From NCBI GenBank assembly GCA_051294375.1, contig CM119267.1, positions 20,089,476-20,153,475 on the forward strand: a stretch of DNA of 64,000 nucleotides, written 5' to 3'. The notes beneath the pieces are model-generated. The model did not search any database. It saw only the letters and a list, made by a program, of their open reading frames with translations, and was not told the DNA's origin. The translations under genes and the position numbers were made by a program. Source of the stretch: Paraspadella gotoi (Eukaryota; Animalia; Chaetognatha). Positions within the stretch are counted from its first letter, which is position 1. Every line of letters begins with the position of its first letter. This document shows positions 39,598 through 52,231 of the stretch, piece by piece.

Positions 39598-41705
39598 TTT
39601 AATATTTTTTTATTTCTTTTTATTAATGCACTTATTTTATACAAAATTAAAAATTGAAATAATTATATACTATTTCAAAAATATGTAATTTAAAATTTTT
39701 TTATGTGAATCCGTAAAATTATGTAATGCTAACAGAGAGAAATCTCGATGGAAAATAAGCTTCACTATCCTTTGCCGCTCTATTACCCACTGATGAAACG
39801 CATCGCCGACTGAATTTGCTCCATAAAGTCACCTCGCACGTTGGTAGAGACCTCGTCGATGGCGTCGGCGAAAAAATCGGCGTCGAAATGTCGCCGAATC
39901 TCGCGTCTGAGAAGGCTCGTTGTCGACCTGACGGAGCTCGGCGATCCTTTGGCCGCAGTGGGCCGCCGATGGTTTATTCCCATTCAATTTAAATTGCATG
40001 AGAGCATCCCTAACTTCCGCGATGAATTTCGAATCTCGGCATCCAATAGAAGAGCAGAAGAATAAATCTTTTCTTGCGCCGGTGAAGCGTCGTCATCTGA
40101 CGAAAGAATGTCGACGGCGTGGACATCCATGTCCAGTTGGAATGCGTCGTCAACTGAAGAGATCTTTTTTTTTTCACCATTGGCCTAGGGAGTGTAGACT
40201 CAGAGCCGAGAAGAGTGAAAAGAAAGAAAGAAAGAACAGTTGAAGGAAAGGTCATAAGAATGAGAAAGAGTTAAAAAGAAATGAAAAATTAAATTCATTA
40301 TTTTTTTGTTATAATTAAAACTTTGAATTGCAGTTAAGGAAAACAAACCTTTGTTATTTTAATATCATGATTAAAATATTTCTTGGTTTAGACGTTCTAT
40401 TTCTTTTTTAGGTGATGTATCATTCCCCATTTCATCTTCAGACGGTCATGAATCAATTAAAAAACCAACGAAAAGATGGTCCGATTCAACTGGTTTAATT
40501 TAGTCCTATCAAAAATTAGTTGACTAAATTTTACTTTCGCCGACCGGGATTTTGGAGTATTTTGAAAAATCATTTAAAAATATTTATTTTAAATAAAAAA
40601 AAATTATTACCTAATTACGCCTAACCCTAAACCACCCTTAACCCTAACCTTAACCAGAAGCTTTCGACGGACGTAAGGATCCGGCGGAGTCTTCGGGACT
40701 GCTTTCATTGCGATTAGGGATCCTTGGACTAGCGACGATGCCGTCGAACGTATTTTGGAAACGTTGACGGATTGTGCATTGCCGCTCCTTGTCGAATACT
40801 GGCAGTGAGATTGAAGTCCGGTTTCGACTCGTTTTACTTCTTCATCTTTGCGTTTTTTGGCTGCTACCGAACTTTGTGAAGCCTTCCTTCGACTTTAACG
40901 CCGTCATTTGGGCCATCTGCGGCGACGAATAGGAACGGGAAGATGTAAGCGCGCCAGCAATATTGTCGTCGAGAAACTCAAGCGTCCGAAAGCCGTCTTC
41001 AGCGGGACTCCCCTTTTGGCGTCTTTTGTGGACTTCGTCGTTTGTTTGTAAGACGAATTTTGATTCGCGCTAGTGCGGTGGACGAGAAAGATATTGACAA
41101 CTTCACGGCGACCCAACACTATACCCTCTCCCAAAATGCCACCGAGATGTTTAGAGAAACTCTTCTTCAAAGCGGACTTGTCTTTAGTCCCGACGAGCCA
41201 TCCTTAGTGGACTGTAGCAAATTCCTCATCACCGCATGTAATTGTTGTTTTAAAGAATGATAATGATAGAAAATATACGGCAGATACTTCACATATCATA
41301 ACCAACAAATATATTAAAATGAGTTGTTATTATTGTTTAAAGTATTTTAATAGAAAAGCGAGTATTATTTAATAATTAAAAAATACATTTTTCTTTCATA
41401 CTGGAGTTTTCTCGTGACTCGTTAATCTCATTTGCATATTCGAGTAAGCTGGTCCAGTGTACTAACCTTTTGAGCATACAGTACTACGTCAGTCGAGGTT
41501 CGAATTAGCATTATAATGTACAGTGTGATCATATCTGCAAGGTTTTTTGAAAATCCGAGTTAGCTTCTCGGTTACCAGGAGCGTTTATATGTTTGGTAGT
41601 CAGATTTGAACGAAAATCTTCATTGAAAAAGTCTTCCTCGATCTCTAAGAACGACGTACGACCCTACTTAGGGTCTTAATATGCAAAAACCTTTTTTCGA
41701 GGAGG

Positions 41706-41753
<48 letters not shown>

Positions 41754-41801
41754 GAAGCTGTCAATGGTCATATGAACTAAACAATAAGAGCCATACAGAA
41801 C

Positions 41802-41836
<35 letters not shown>

Positions 41837-42323
41837 GAGCTCTCGAATTGTTCATGCGATTTGCTTTCATCTAACTAATATTCAATTTTCTCCGTAAACA
41901 AAAAGGACGGATCGATGAGCGACAAGAGCATTTTATTCACCTCAAGCCTGAAAAGTCGCCCTTTTTTCCCCGAATTATGTTTTTATGATATTTTTTCATC
42001 ACAATGTTATTGAACAATTTTGCATTATATATAACTTACAAGCCTTTTGCTGTATATAATGACGAGACGAATAGTTTCGGAGAAAATAATAATCCATGAA
42101 AATCTGATTTATTCCTAAAAATGCAAAACTGCTTCGTAATTAATCAAATGTTTAAATTCATAAACGTAACTTTTTAATTGATTCAAAGTTATTCTACCGT
42201 ACTAAAGCTGAAAACATCGCTTTAAAAGTGTATACACATATTTGTAAGAATATAAGTTTTCAAAGGTAATCACAGGATTGTGCCCACGTAAACGCCCTAC
42301 GAATTATAAGAGCAAAAAGAGTA

Positions 42324-42534
42324 TGTTATGGCAACAGCCGGGTTGCCTGTGATGCCCGTTGGGATGGGGCATCTCACTGTTGGCTTTGGGGGCTTCCGAC
42401 CCTCAGTGACGCATCCAGTCACTGGCACGGTTACCCTAGGACGATCTCGCTTTGCCAACGCAGAGGGATGGTGTGTTCCCCCTCTGAGCCAATGGATTTG
42501 GCTGAACGATGGTGGACGTGAGGCGGTGTGAATA
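42324..42534 (-). mobile_element. Family 2 solo LTR (B box deleted) carrying a complete type P5 twister motif
   Basis: Minus strand TATTCACACCGCCTCACG...TGGCTCAGAGG...GTTGCCATAACA (TA...CA ends). Confidence 0.75.
42379..42459 (-). ncRNA. Candidate type P5 twister ribozyme (family 2)
   Basis: GTTGGC-AAA-GCGA-GA-TCGT-CCTAGGG-TAA-CCGT-GC-[CAGTGAC TGGATGC GTCACTG]-A[GGG TCGG AAGC CCC]C-AAA-GCCAAC. The copy at ~54810-54840 reads GA-CCGT and CCGC, which improves T1 and P2. Confidence 0.75.
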
Positions 42535-42804
42535 TACCGCCACAATGTAATCTAAAAAGAGTCAAAATTGTATCAACTTTTAGACTGATTTTTTTTACAT
42601 ATTTGATTGCTTTTGCGATTTTGCTAATAATCAACAGTTACGGTAAAGAAAGCCGATGTTTTTCTACGAAATTGTTCATTTTTATTTTATTTTATTCCAT
42701 CTTTCTCGACCTGGTGTCTCCATTCTGATGTCGTCTGTTTTTTTTTTTACAGTTATGTTATGTTAAATCCTAATTGACTTCAAATTGCGCGTTTTCACCG
42801 CCAG

Positions 42805-44968
42805 ATGGCGAACTTGCGTCGGATCGCGTGCGTCGCTTCGCTGATCGTCTTTTGTTCAACTTTCTTCGTCCTGTTATTCCACCAAACTCCGCCGTCTTTC
42901 GCCGATCGACTTTCGTGGAGCGGAAGGTTCTTCAGAGGTTGCTGCAAATGCGGTGAGTGGTGGCTGCGCCGGGGAAGGGGCGGTGAGCCACGAGTTGAGA
43001 TGGTGAGGTGTGAAAAATTTTTCCAAAATTTACTGGAACTATTAACAAAAGGGGAAAATAAGACTTGTAAATCGTGTGAGGGATGCGGTGAAAGTTTTAA
43101 TGAGTTTGATTGTTATCGGTTTCGCTCTTTTAAAAATTCGCTAATTTTTTTTTTTACCTAGCAAACGTTACATCAACGAAAATCACACCGACTCCCAAGG
43201 AGGAAATAGTTGAATTTGGAAAGTAATAAAAATTATAAACTAAATCTAATCACGTAATTGTTCGTTTTTATCATTGTTGGAACGACGACAAATTTGTCAG
43301 AATCTCAAATTTAGAATTTCGTCTCTAATAAATCTAATTCGAGCTCAAGAGCTCTCCTCACTATTAGTACAGTATTACTAGCTCCACGAATATCCTACCA
43401 TTTAATCTTTTCTCTTAATGACAAGCTTTATCGAGCTGCTAGTTCTCAAGCTTTTCTCTCTTTTCCTAGTTACAAAAACCAATATCTTACATTTCAATCT
43501 TTCCTCTCTTTCTCTAGCCACGCCTATCTTCTACCACTCAAGCTTCCATCTCTTATTCCAGCTACACCGAGCTCCTACCGCCTTTCGCTCCACTTCGCTT
43601 CCCTCGCTGCTCCAGCTGCGCCGNNNNNNNNNNNNNNNNNNNNNNNNNNNNNNNNNNNNNNNNNNNNNNNNNNNNNNNNNNNNNNNNNNNNNNNNNNNNN
43701 NNNNNNNNNNNNNNNNNNNNNNNNNNNNNNNNNNNNNNNNNNNNNNNNNNNNNNNNNNNNNNNNNNNNNNNNNNNNNNNNNNNNNNNNNNNNNNNNNNNN
43801 NNNNNNNNNNNNNNNNNNNNNNNNNNNNNNNNNNNNNNNNNNNNNNNNNNNNNNNNNNNNNNNNNNNNNNNNNNNNNNNNNNNNNNNNNNNNNNNNNNNN
43901 NNNNNNNNNNNNNNNNNNNNNNNNNNNNNNNNNNNNNNNNNNNNNNNNNNNNNNNNNNNNNNNNNNNNNNNNNNNNNNNNNNNNNNNNNNNNNNNNNNNN
44001 NNNNNNNNNNNNNNNNNNNNNNNNNNNNNNNNNNNNNNNNNNNNNNNNNNNNNNNNNNNNNNNNNNNNNTCGCTCCACTTCGCTTCCCTCGCTGCTCCAG
44101 CTGCGCCGTCGTGGTTCCTTCTGGACATCTTCTTAACACTTCCGTCGGGAATCGAATCGACGGACACGAGTGCGTCTTCAGACTCAACGGATCTCCGACC
44201 AAAGGATTCGAGTGAGGATTAGAAAGAGAAAACTAAAGTTTGTTTGTTTATAAACAACGGTTTAAAAAAAAAGGAAACGTTTCGACTCTAATTTTCGAGT
44301 CTTCAAAAGCGCTGTTAAAGAGTCGAAACAGGTCCGTTTTCTTTAATAAAGACCTTTTGTATGTTAACAAATAAACTTTGACATTTTCTCTAACTAAAAC
44401 GCATCGAAAAAGAAAGTCTTGCCACAATGTCATACCAGATGCACTTTTAGGGTTCCAGTCTTTACTAGCTGTGTGTTTCCGCTGACCCGATGAAAACAAT
44501 TCCATCTTTCATTGACAATGAGGCTGAAAGACATAGTTGGCATGGTACCCTTGGTATTCAGCCGCTGAAGATTACCGAAAGAAAAACGGTACTGAGGTGA
44601 TTCCGCGGTTCCGCTATAGATCGAAGCTATGCACAGTATTGTATTGTACAGTACTGTATTGTACACCGTGACCATGCTTTAATGCTTTAATGTGCCATCA
44701 ATCGGACGAACGGTTTTAAAACGCCCCCATCCGGGACACCCGCCCTCTTTCCAACAGACGTGATGTCGGTAAACGGACGAACTTTGTATTCACCGTGTGG
44801 TCGTCGAGGACGACGTTGAAGGGGCTTGCACGACTCGTCGAAGAATCGAAGCCGCTGCCGAGAGCGGTCATCCTTAGGGATCGACAATTGCTGCAGAAGA
44901 GTTACGAGAAGAAGTTGATTTCCGATTGTCGCTCGTTTGAGAGGCGCAGTTAGCGGGAAGGCGCTCTG

Positions 44969-45039
<71 letters not shown>

Positions 45040-45401
45040 ATCGTCTTCTCTCTCTCTTCTCCTCTATCTCTCTCTCTCTCTATCTCTTTCTCTTCTCTCT
45101 CTCTCATGTTTCTGTCGATTTGGTTGTCTGTTTTAATGTTCGGTAAAATCATTACTAAAAATGGATAATGCATACATATATTACTGATGAAAAAGAACAT
45201 AGAAACTCCCCCCGCCCCTTCCTTGCACGCAGGGAACCGCGCTGCTCTTCACCGCGGGCCTGGAGAATCTCCTTGACGTCAACCGTCTCTTCTTGACGGA
45301 GACGGGCGTCAACGTCACGAAAATGAACATGACGCTGACGACGGGATTCTACGCGATGGCGATGGTCAGAAAGGCCTGCAAGCGGTGAGGCGTACGGGGC
45401 G

Positions 45402-45468
<67 letters not shown>

Positions 45469-45895
45469 TTACTTACTTTAATTACTTTACTTTTCTTTTT
45501 TCTATACTTTTCTTTTTTCTATACTCTTCTTTTTTCTATACTCTTCTTTTTTCTATACTTTTCTTTTTCCTATACTTTTCTTTTTTCTATACTTTTCTTT
45601 TTTCTTTTCCTCTTTCTTCTTATTTATATTTTGAAATTATTTTTTTTTCATTTTGTTTAGAACATCTATTTTCGGTCTGAGTCCCGAAAACTATTGCGAC
45701 CGACCAAAAATCAAGGACGTTCCTTATCATTACTTCGAAAAGTCGAAAGTTAAGGAATGCCAGACGATGAAATCCAGGAAATCCTCTCGTAAAATTGGCC
45801 ATCGTTTCTTCCTCGAAAAGAAGCTTTACCGACGATGGGCTACAATTTACAATTTCACATTTTACAATCCCTCGTGGAACATTTCTACTCAATGA
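42805..45895 (+). CDS. GT29 sialyltransferase, ST6GalNAc III-VI-like, multi-exon (contains an N gap)
   Basis: Type II anchor (IACVASLIVFCSTFFVLLF), sialylmotif L CSSCAVVVPSGHLLNTSVGNRIDGHECVFRLNGSPTKGFE, motif S LTTGFYAMAMVRKAC, motif III PYHYFE, and VS HRFFLEK (compare HRFITEK). Confidence 0.9.
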
Positions 45896-46261
45896 TATGA
45901 TTGAAGTAAATTTCGTAACTCAAAATTGTTTTATAATGCAATCTATTCAACTATTATGAACCGCCAGACTTTTACAAAAATGTTCGATTATTCGCATCTC
46001 TCAAATTTGTGAAATTATATTTTCGTTAACAATTTATTCAAAACGATGCAATTTGAATTCACACGTTGAAGATATTGTGCCTCGTTTACTTTATGGTCAT
46101 TTTACTATTTAAAGCCAATTCATTTTAGAGTCAATATGGAGGTATTTCCATGAAAAAATATATTCATTAATTTTTCGGAGAAAACCTTCACATTTACAAA
46201 TTTCCGAAGGTGTCTCCGCTGTTTCATCAAAGCTACCTGTTTGAAAGATTTTCATTAGTAA

Positions 46262-46495
46262 TATGGTGGACTAAAATCCACCAACCGTTCATCAGCGGCC
46301 ATTGGTGCCGGAGGCAAGTCATTCGCCTCCCAACCCAAAGGTCCGGGGTTCTAGCCCGGTGGTCGTCTGGCAGTTAAGAGGGACCGGGCGCTTAACCCGC
46401 CTGTAACATGGTGTTACAGCCTGATCCGAAGCTCAGGGACTGCTTATATTGAACGGTTCTGTCACTAACACATAACAATAATTACTGTCTCTTCA
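46262..46495 (+). mobile_element. Family 1 solo LTR (234 bp) with 4-bp TSD GTAA
   Basis: gtaa|TATGGTGGAC...CTCTTCA|gtaa. Confidence 0.9.
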
Positions 46496-46737
46496 GTAAC
46501 AAATAAAAATGAGTAATATTTTTTTTCTCGGAAAGTTACTGAAAATAGAAATAAAAGTTTCGTAATAATAGATATCCGATAGCTCCAATTAAAAATCCGC
46601 GTTGGGAAGATAGAATATAAAGATTTCATAGAGCTCAGAACCAAACATAAAATATGTTTTTTTACAATCATACTTCCAGCCAAGAGAAACGCTTTTTGTT
46701 TTAATTACAAGGTTTCATTTGGGCAAACTGCCGAAAG

Positions 46738-48022
46738 ATGGATACGTACGAAATTACGTTCGCAACCGCGGTCTCCAAAAACAAAAGCGCCAATCAGGAA
46801 AATGATGATGGTTAGTTGAGAACGTAGAATAAAAATGCTTGAAAATATTATCAACGAATCAATTGAAAGTAATTCATTATCTTAACCGTTATTAATTTTA
46901 ACTTAATCGCTACTAACATTAATAAATACGTAAAACATTTCTCCCGAAACCAGAGACGATCAAACAGCAGCCCATGGGTCACAACTCGCCACCTGTCGTT
47001 CGCGAACGAAGGCTGAGACTTTTCGCGCAGACGGACATGTATTGCGGCGTTCTCTGCTTATTTCCCGCGGCCATTTTGCTGCCGTTGGTGGCGCTCGTGC
47101 TTGGGGCGGTGGCTTGCAAATTACGAAATAAAAACGTGGACAAAGCGTACATGGTTGGAAAGTTAATGGCGGTTAATGGGATGTTATTCAAATGAGAAAT
47201 AGGATGGGGGATCGAGTGTACTACAAAAATTATTAAAAGTTTTTTAATCGTTTGCAATATTCAAACTGCGTAATGTTTTAACAATTTTTTCATGAAGAAG
47301 ATTTCAAGCGTCCCCTTTCCTACTTGACATAACAAGTACTTGACGTTTATGACTCAATACAATTACAAAAAAACAAAACAAAACAAAAAAACAAACTTAA
47401 TACAGCGGCGAGGAATTAATTTCTATTTTTCCTACTTCTTTCCTTACTAATTTTTTTTTCTTTTCTTTTATTCCCCGCCCCCTCCCCCGTCCCTCCCCCA
47501 CACCCGGTCTTCATCCTAACTCTTCCTTCACCACGACAGTTAGCCTGCATCGGTCTCGGCTTCGCCTTTCTCTCCATCTTCGTCGGAATCGGTCTCATCA
47601 TCTTCGGAATCCTTCTCCTCATATCTTACGCCTTCCGAATTCGTTTCATGGGACCGGGAATCGACAAAGCGCTCGGATTGGACAAAGACGACGACTCGGG
47701 AAACGAAGGAAAAAATGATTCCTTTCCGCACAGTGGCGGCGATGGCGATGGCGGCGGCGGCGGCGGCGACGGCGGAGGTGGCGGTGGAGACGGTGGCGGC
47801 GACGGCGGCAGCTGGTATACTTTGCCTCCGCAACCTTCCTTTCCGTCCCGTCCTAGCTTACCTTCCTTGAGCTTGGATAGCTGGGTCAAATTAAAGCGTC
47901 AAGTCGCTAGCGCTAGCGCTCCCGTTCACAACGCTGCCGATCGTATCGGCGTCGACGTTGCGGTGATGCTCCTCTGTTTGGCGATTTTCGTCTTCGCCGC
48001 GAGGGGGAGTTGGAGAACGTAA
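46738..48022 (+). CDS. Membrane protein paralogous to 29619-30700, extended by a Gly/Asp-rich linker and an extra C-terminal hydrophobic segment; 3 exons
   Basis: AQTDMYCGVLCLFPAAILLPLVALVLGAVACKLRNKNVDKAYM/LACIGLGFAFLSIFVGIGLIIFGILLL...GGDGDGGGGG...VAVMLLCLAIFVFAA. Confidence 0.7.
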
Positions 48023-48619
48023 GATAGAGATTAGGTTTTTGGTTTATTTGTGAGGGCGGAAGAGTTTGAACGTTAAACGTATATATATAGTATACATCAC
48101 TTTTATATGCAATTTATATTAAACGAAATAAAAAAAATTAAAAAGCTCGTTACAAACAAACTGGTTAAATTGTTTCTTCAATTGCGTTAAAGTAGCCGTT
48201 AGGATCTTGGAAAATTAAAATAAAGATACAAAAAAATGTTTTAGCATTTTAATATTTTCTATTTTAATCTCCTTAAGCAAAGGGGCTCTTTGACTACGGC
48301 TATTCTTTTATATCCAATAAATGTTTATCATCACTTCTTAGAAAACGCTTATAAAATTACCTCATAATCACAACTTTTTTTTTTCATTAAAATTAGGTTA
48401 ACCTAGACCCGGATGTTGAGCCTAAATTATGAGATAGAACTTTAAGTTTAAATCTAGCACACCTTAAAGCCAGAACAAACAAAAGAAGAAAATTAAAATC
48501 GCTGCATCCGCGTCGAGGTGAAAAAATTAAACAAAGAGCGTAGTTTTTAAAAAAAAGGGTATTCCCCTTCGACCGCGAGATGGCAGAGTTTCGTCTGGCG
48601 ATNNNNNNNNNNNNNNNNN

Positions 48620-49688
48620 NNNNNNNNCCGAGGAGGATTTTTGGGTCAATGGTTCAAAGTGGGTCGAGGAAATCCTGTAAGGGAGGAGGTGAGAGGAGAA
48701 AATATTCTCCCGGGAAAATAACTTTGAGAGAACCGTACAGATGTGACAGAAGGGCGAGTTGAATCGTCTACGTTGTCCCGCTTTTAACGCTTTTCGCTTT
48801 GGAATTGGCACGGACTCTACGAATGGCTTTTATTGGGGCCAATCTCGACAAACAAAGACGTGAAATACATAGTATGCATTAACATGTTTTTTTTTTAAAA
48901 TAGATTGAAAAAACGAACAATCAGCATTATAAAGTGTTAGTGAATTGCATATTGTATATGAATGAGGATCTTCTTTAACTATTGACCAGTTGCTAATAGT
49001 TTTCAGCCCATGTTAATTAATTAATAGAATTATTGAAAAAATCTTTGAAGAAGAGGAGAATATAAGTTTTTTAGTACATAAGGAGAATTATCAATAGTAA
49101 CATAATTACATCTCACCCTCGATCTGGTTCGGCTGCAAATCTTCAGAGCCGGCGTCGACGAGACGTTGCATCCCGAAGACTCAAGAGGGGAAGGAGTCGC
49201 ACGAGTCGCAGAGTCGCCGACGACGTCCGTCAACTTTCGCCAAATCCGGAATCTTCAACCCGGGATCGGATATTCGGAATTGAGGGGCGGACTGAGTCAT
49301 TTTAGGGGTTGGTAAGAGGGGTTTTTAAAGGGGGAGAGGGATGGAGAAGGGATGGGGGGAGCGAGAGAGAGGGATGAAGAGAGAGGAAAAAAGAAACAAA
49401 AAGAAATAAAAGAAAGGAAAGATAAAGGGATGTTAAGTTCGAATTTAAATATATTATTTAGTATTTAAGTTTAATACAAATTAAAAATAACTAAGCCAGT
49501 AACAGAAGTTGTTAAAAATGGATCGAAAGACTTCGGAAGCTATCTTTAATTGAGAACTCGAAAAAGACTATGAACAAAAACGAAGAGAGCCGAAAAACCA
49601 GTGTTCGTCGTGGAAAAATGAAAGGAGAAGGCCGAAACTTTTACAAAATTTCTTAGGATGGATAGAGAGAGAGAGAGGAGAGAGAGAG

Positions 49689-49720
<32 letters not shown>

Positions 49721-51845
49721 GAGAAAGGGGGGGGGAATCACGTGAGAATATGAATAAAAAGTGATCATGTGAAAATGGAAAAATATACTCCAAAGGTCTT
49801 CCTGTTACTCTAAAACGGGCAATTAGAATTGATAAATTTCACTAAACGTATTGCACAATGTATAGTTTAATGGCGATTGGTAAGAAACGTGAGATATTTT
49901 AGAAATATTTAGGCTTACTCTGTGGAGCGAGCTTCGAATTTTCATCTTTTATTTCTACATTCTCTTAATTATTCGAGGTTTTTTAAAGGACAAGATTTTC
50001 AAGTTTTCCCTTTATTTCTCGTTCCTCATTTCAGTTCATCCGTTTTCCCTCATTTTTCAGAGACGACGACGACGAATAAGACGACGACTTTGTGAGTTTT
50101 AATCTATTCGGCCTACGCGATCCAGAAGCTCCACTCGCAAGGTGCACCCAAGAAGGAAGCAAAAAAGATGGTGATGAAGCTGGAAACATATGTTGGAATG
50201 AGTTCGCCTTGAACATATTAAAAATATTAACCCAAAAACAAACAAACAAGGAGAAAAGATATCAGATTGTTTGCGTTATAGCACGTCGGGAAAAAATTGG
50301 ATACAACCAATATAAATTATCCATTCATTTAATAAATAAGATATCCTGCCCCTGAACTTTGGACAGGTCCTGCAAGTTTTAAATCAAGACTCTGTGTGCG
50401 ATCTTTCAACATTCACACATTCACGAAACATTCCATTCAGTCAGTTCAACAGCCACATCACATGATGCAGGCGTTGTTGTTCCATCCACAGTCCTACGCT
50501 TTCCTCTGCGTTGGAAAAGCGAGACGGTCTAGGGTAAACCGCGCCAAACCCACTTTTTGTTTTGTTTTTTAGATATTTTATTTAATACAGTGAAAGGATG
50601 ACGAGGGTGGTAATGTCGCGTCGTTGCCAATCAGCGTGATCATTGTTTTTCCGATGAGACGAAGGCGAGACCATCTGGATTTCTTGGTCCGGCTCTCTCG
50701 CAAATCCCATTGAACACTCGTCGAGGACGCCCAAGCGCAGGCAGAGGGGCGCACCTGAGGAAAGAGTCACGAATATTTTTTGAGCCAACAAAAGGGAATC
50801 GAGGGGCTTGACTCAAGTTCGTTTCAACTACATCCCCTCTGTGATAAGGCTTAAGTGGCTGAAGAATGACTATCCGTAACTTCTTTAACCTCTAGCAGCT
50901 ATGGAAGCGGGTCTGGGCTTGAACCAGGCTTTGAGGGTTTTCACGCGCGCCAGGCGGCTTACGGCCGTCCTACGCTTCGCAGAGGGTAGGTACGGGTTGG
51001 GATTGAACCAGTACTGTGGTCTGAGCTGATAGTTTACTCATGAGCCACCGGGTCACAAACTGAAAAGTTGTCATTGATTCTTAGGCGGGGTGAACTAGGC
51101 AATGCGCCGGACTACATGCCCCAGATTGTAACCACCCTGCACTGCTTCCAGTGGAGGGAGGGGAGCAATGCTTCAGCTAGACCAAGAGCTGGAATCAGAA
51201 GGTTGGTAATACGCTCGACAGGATGGGCTCACGGCAGTGTGGATAAGGCGCTAGTGGGCTGAAGATGACTATTCGTAATTCTTTACTCCTCTAGCACTAT
51301 GGAAAGGGTCCTGGGCTTGGAACCAGAGATCTGAGGGTATTTCGCCGCCCAAGGCGGCTTACGGCGGTCTCGCCGCTTCCGACAGGGTGGTACCGGGTTT
51401 TGGTGATTGAACCCAGTACTAGTCGGTCATGAGCTGATGGTTTACTCAATGGAGCCACGGTCACAACTGAAAGTGTCCATTGATTCTAGGCGGGGGTGAA
51501 CCTAGGCGAATGCCCGATCTATCAAAATCACCGCTGAAAACAAGCTACAATCCACAACAACAACAACGGAAACTCCTTTCGCGCGCCTCCATTTTTCATC
51601 CTCACCAGTTGCAGATGCATCCGCAGCAGGTGTATTGTTCCAGATGGCGATGATGATGCTGGGCCCATGAGGCTTTGGCCTTGAACTCGCCCTCCGATCC
51701 GCGTCTGATCGTTCAGGTCGGGAGGCGTGGTCTTGTATTCCAGGGACCGCTTGGTGGCGCGGAAGGCTGCTCGTGTTCGCCTCTGCGTCAGGAGAAAATG
51801 GTTTAAAAATAAGATGTAGTTTAGCGTCGATACGGTCGTCATTGG
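48620..51845 (-). repeat. Left arm of a ~3-kb inverted duplication (partner ~54195-57250) with noisy copies of the CD225-like gene and the lipocalin 5' exons
   Basis: 49115-49300 is the reverse complement of 56500-56690, 50030-50800 of 54550-55800, and 51520-51845 of 54195-54500. Confidence 0.85.
50840..51521 (-). mobile_element. Full-length TRIM, family 4 (LTRs 50840-51114 and 51238-51521, ~120-bp internal)
   Basis: Two ~280-bp direct repeats absent from the homologous arm (~54500-54520). On the minus strand the LTR reads TAG...ATC(C)ACA, the PBS-like TGCCGTGA lies at 51229-51236, and GGGGCA+TG precedes the 3' LTR. The head has TGGCTC.. and GGGTTCAATC, followed by a twister motif with CTGG TTCC AAGC CCAG. 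Confidence 0.7.
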
Positions 51846-52231
51846 AACTAAGTACACCGGTGCCTAAAGAAGATGGATTCATGGATAAAGAGAATGGAAT
51901 GCATCAGCCAATGATTGAGTCTGGCGATTGGCGAGGCTATCTAAAACCTGCGGGGCTCTTAACTAGAATTTTTATCGGCGAGCCCGGTTGCTGAGTAAAA
52001 AAATGGAGTAATTCGAGGGTAAGGCCCGCCGCTGCATCTGTAAGAGTTTGCCGGCGAAAGCTGGCAGATCTGATGTAGTTAGACTCGTTGGCACTTTTTC
52101 ATGCCCAGCCTCCATGCGGGTCTACAAAAGTATTAGGGCGGAAGAAGGATGGGGAATTAGTTTGTGTAAAATTTAGCAAATCTTTCTGATTTATTGGGGG
52201 AAAAAAATATTTTTCTTAATGTGGGTTTTAC

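Noticed and set aside
39780-41260. GC-rich exon-like blocks
   Set aside because: No consistent open frame or recognisable motif, so no product could be supported.
51480-51521. HDV-like ribozyme suggested by CTAGG...CCTAG-GCGAATG
   Set aside because: No P1, P3/L3 or P1.1 could be built upstream.
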